This document shows, piece after piece, positions 62,792 to 64,000 of a DNA stretch of 64,000 nt (the first letter of the stretch is position 1; every line of letters begins with the position of its first letter). The notes under the pieces are model-generated. The model saw nothing but the letters and a program-made list of their open reading frames with translations. It ran no database searches and had not been told where the DNA came from. The stretch comes from an uncultured virus (IMG/VR IMGVR_UViG_3300031834_000003) (Duplodnaviria; Heunggongvirae; Uroviricota; Caudoviricetes). Both the position numbers and the translations under genes were made by a program. The stretch is from IMG/VR virus record IMGVR_UViG_3300031834_000003; one strand, 5' to 3'.

Positions 62792-63019
62792 TTAGAGTGG
62801 AAATGGTACATCACTTGCCCACGCTATGAACGTGAGCAGAAGAACAAAGCCTGCTGTTGCCAGTAGGAACAGGAAGACTGTTCCTGCTAACATTTCTGAC
62901 TTAATTGTCTTTTCGTAATCGATGAGCAGTTTGTTATTCACGTTACGTTCAATCATGAGACGTTTCTTTCCCAGTTCGTCTAAGCTTTTATAAAGCTCAT
63001 CACCCACATCAATGTTCAT
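62792..63019 (-). CDS. Small membrane protein
   Basis: AAGGAG RBS; C-terminal TM segment. Confidence 0.5.
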   Translation of the reverse strand: MNIDVGDELYKSLDELGKKRLMIERNVNNKLLIDYEKTIKSEMLAGTVFLFLLATAGFVLLLTFIAWASDVPFPL

Positions 63020-63038
63020 GTTTTCTCCTTAGTACTTA

Positions 63039-63511
63039 TTATTCGCTTGGGCATATTGGGTTACTTTCTCTCTATGGCTCGCTCTCTGTCATTGGTTTAC
63101 TTCAACGATTTGGCTCGCTCTTTCCATTTGGGTTACTCTCGACTTATGGCTCGCTTTTGATATTTGGGTTACTTCTTTGACATGGCTCGCTTTTCTGCAT
63201 TGTGTTACTTATGTATAGTGGCTCGCTTGAATAGACTGGGTTATTTCTTTCTCTTGGCTCGCTTTCCTTTTATGGTTTACTTGAATATATAGGCTCGCTT
63301 GCTTTCCCTGGTTTGCTTGAGGCGTGTGGCTCGCTTTCCTTTCGTGGGTTACTCAACCAAAATGGCTCGCTTATCAGTGATGGTTTACTTTCCTCATTTG
63401 GCTCGCTCATCTATCTTGGTTTACTTGCATAATTTGGCTCGCTACCCTTTTTTGGATTTCTCAATACTTGTGGCTCGCTCTCGTAAACTGGTTTTCTTCT
63501 ATTCGATGGCT
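63039..63511 (-). ncRNA. TIGR-like dual-repeat/dual-spacer guide RNA array, 13 units of 36 nt
   Basis: TGGCTCGCT (one copy AGGCTCGCT) starts at 63075, 63111 … 63471, exactly 36 nt apart, alternating with TGG(G/T)TTACT. Each repeat is separated by a unique 9-mer. On the - strand: AGCGAGCCA-N9-AGTAA(A/C)CCA-N9. Confidence 0.9.
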
Positions 63512-64000
63512 GACCAGCCAAAATCTTCTGGTAGATATATATGCGTATGCCCTAAATGCTCATGAACATAAGGTGCACGAATTGGTAATCCTTCAATCTG
63601 GCGCCACACTAACCAAAGATGTGATAACCACATTTTTACCATTCGACCTGTAGCCGCACGATGTATATGCAATGGAGTCCAATCACGACCCTCGGTATAA
63701 TACTCTCGACTAGAGTCGTAAATAGCACGATATGGACTGTTGCATTTTAGGAAACTTCCTGCTATTAGAAAGCAGGTTGAGTGAAGGCGGGCATTATAAG
63801 GTAAAGGAACTCCTGAGGTTGGTTTATCTCGCTTACCATTTGCATCCATGCCATAGCCTGCATACTTCCATAGAGCGCTGATAGTATTTGCTCTGTGAAT
63901 ATCAACCACACAAACTACCTTAGCAGCCAGAATTCGTCCAATTCCTTTGACTTCAATCATGCGCTCAATTATTTCAATCCCCTTAGTTGCATTTGCAATG
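63499..64000 (-). CDS. Tas-like protein (Nop / IS110 C-terminal-like RNA-binding domain), 5'-truncated by window end
   Basis: VKGIGRILAA…SALWKYAG…YNARL…SFLK..SPYR.IYD…HIHRAA.GRMVKMWLSHLW.VWR..EGL. The frame is open to base 64000 and the stop lies inside the first array unit. Confidence 0.8.
   Translation of the reverse strand, partial: IANATKGIEIIERMIEVKGIGRILAAKVVCVVDIHRANTISALWKYAGYGMDANGKRDKPTSGVPLPYNARLHSTCFLIAGSFLKCNSPYRAIYDSSREYYTEGRDWTPLHIHRAATGRMVKMWLSHLWLVWRQIEGLPIRAPYVHEHLGHTHIYLPEDFGWSAIE

Noticed and set aside
63327..63362. Possible self-targeting of the 17-bp early motif by spacer pair ttttggttg/cgaaaggaa
   Set aside because: Only partial, low-complexity similarity to sequence near 57872 and 62590; no contiguous 18-bp match was seen.
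63039..63511. CRISPR array or simple minisatellite
   Set aside because: Repeats and spacers are only 9 nt, two repeat types alternate, the spacers are unique, and no cas operon is present. The Cas4-like gene at 44229 is a typical stand-alone phage nuclease.
63299..63653. + strand ORFs over the array with 12-aa periodicity (LAR…)
   Set aside because: By-product of the 36-nt repeat; no RBS, and antisense to the surrounding genes.
63499..64000. IS110 insertion sequence
   Set aside because: The catalytic Ser loop is not visible and the gene runs into a multi-unit guide array. It cannot be fully excluded because the N-terminus is outside the window.
1..64000. tRNA, rRNA, integrase, DGR or alternative genetic code
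   Set aside because: None recognised by eye. Long ORFs are intact under the standard code and all three stop codons end genes. A tRNA or covariance scan was not run.

Overview
This window is part of a large tailed-phage (siphovirus-like) genome. A Chloroflexota-type host is only a weak guess. The + strand (1-43101) carries the late module: capsid C-terminus, head-tail genes, tail tube and frameshifted chaperone, then a 3794-aa tape-measure-position polyprotein. That protein contains a candidate two-barrel RNA polymerase region plus NADAR, zincin and RecQ-like helicase domains. Tail tip and fibre genes follow, then a glycosylation cluster (four GT2 enzymes, methyltransferase, epimerase, HddA-like kinase, GmhA), a 2835-aa Ser/Pro mucin-like protein and lysis genes. 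The - strand (43158-64000) carries early and replication genes: AAA ATPase, Cas4-like nuclease, LexA-type HTH, DnaB-like helicase, primase, HNH, ParB, SSB and many small ORFs. The most striking element is at the right end. It is a non-coding array of 13 units with an exact 36-nt period (9-nt repeat, 9-nt spacer, second 9-nt repeat, 9-nt spacer), directly downstream of a Nop/IS110-C-terminal-like gene. This is the architecture of a TIGR-Tas RNA-guided system. All calls come from reading motifs by eye; no searches were run.
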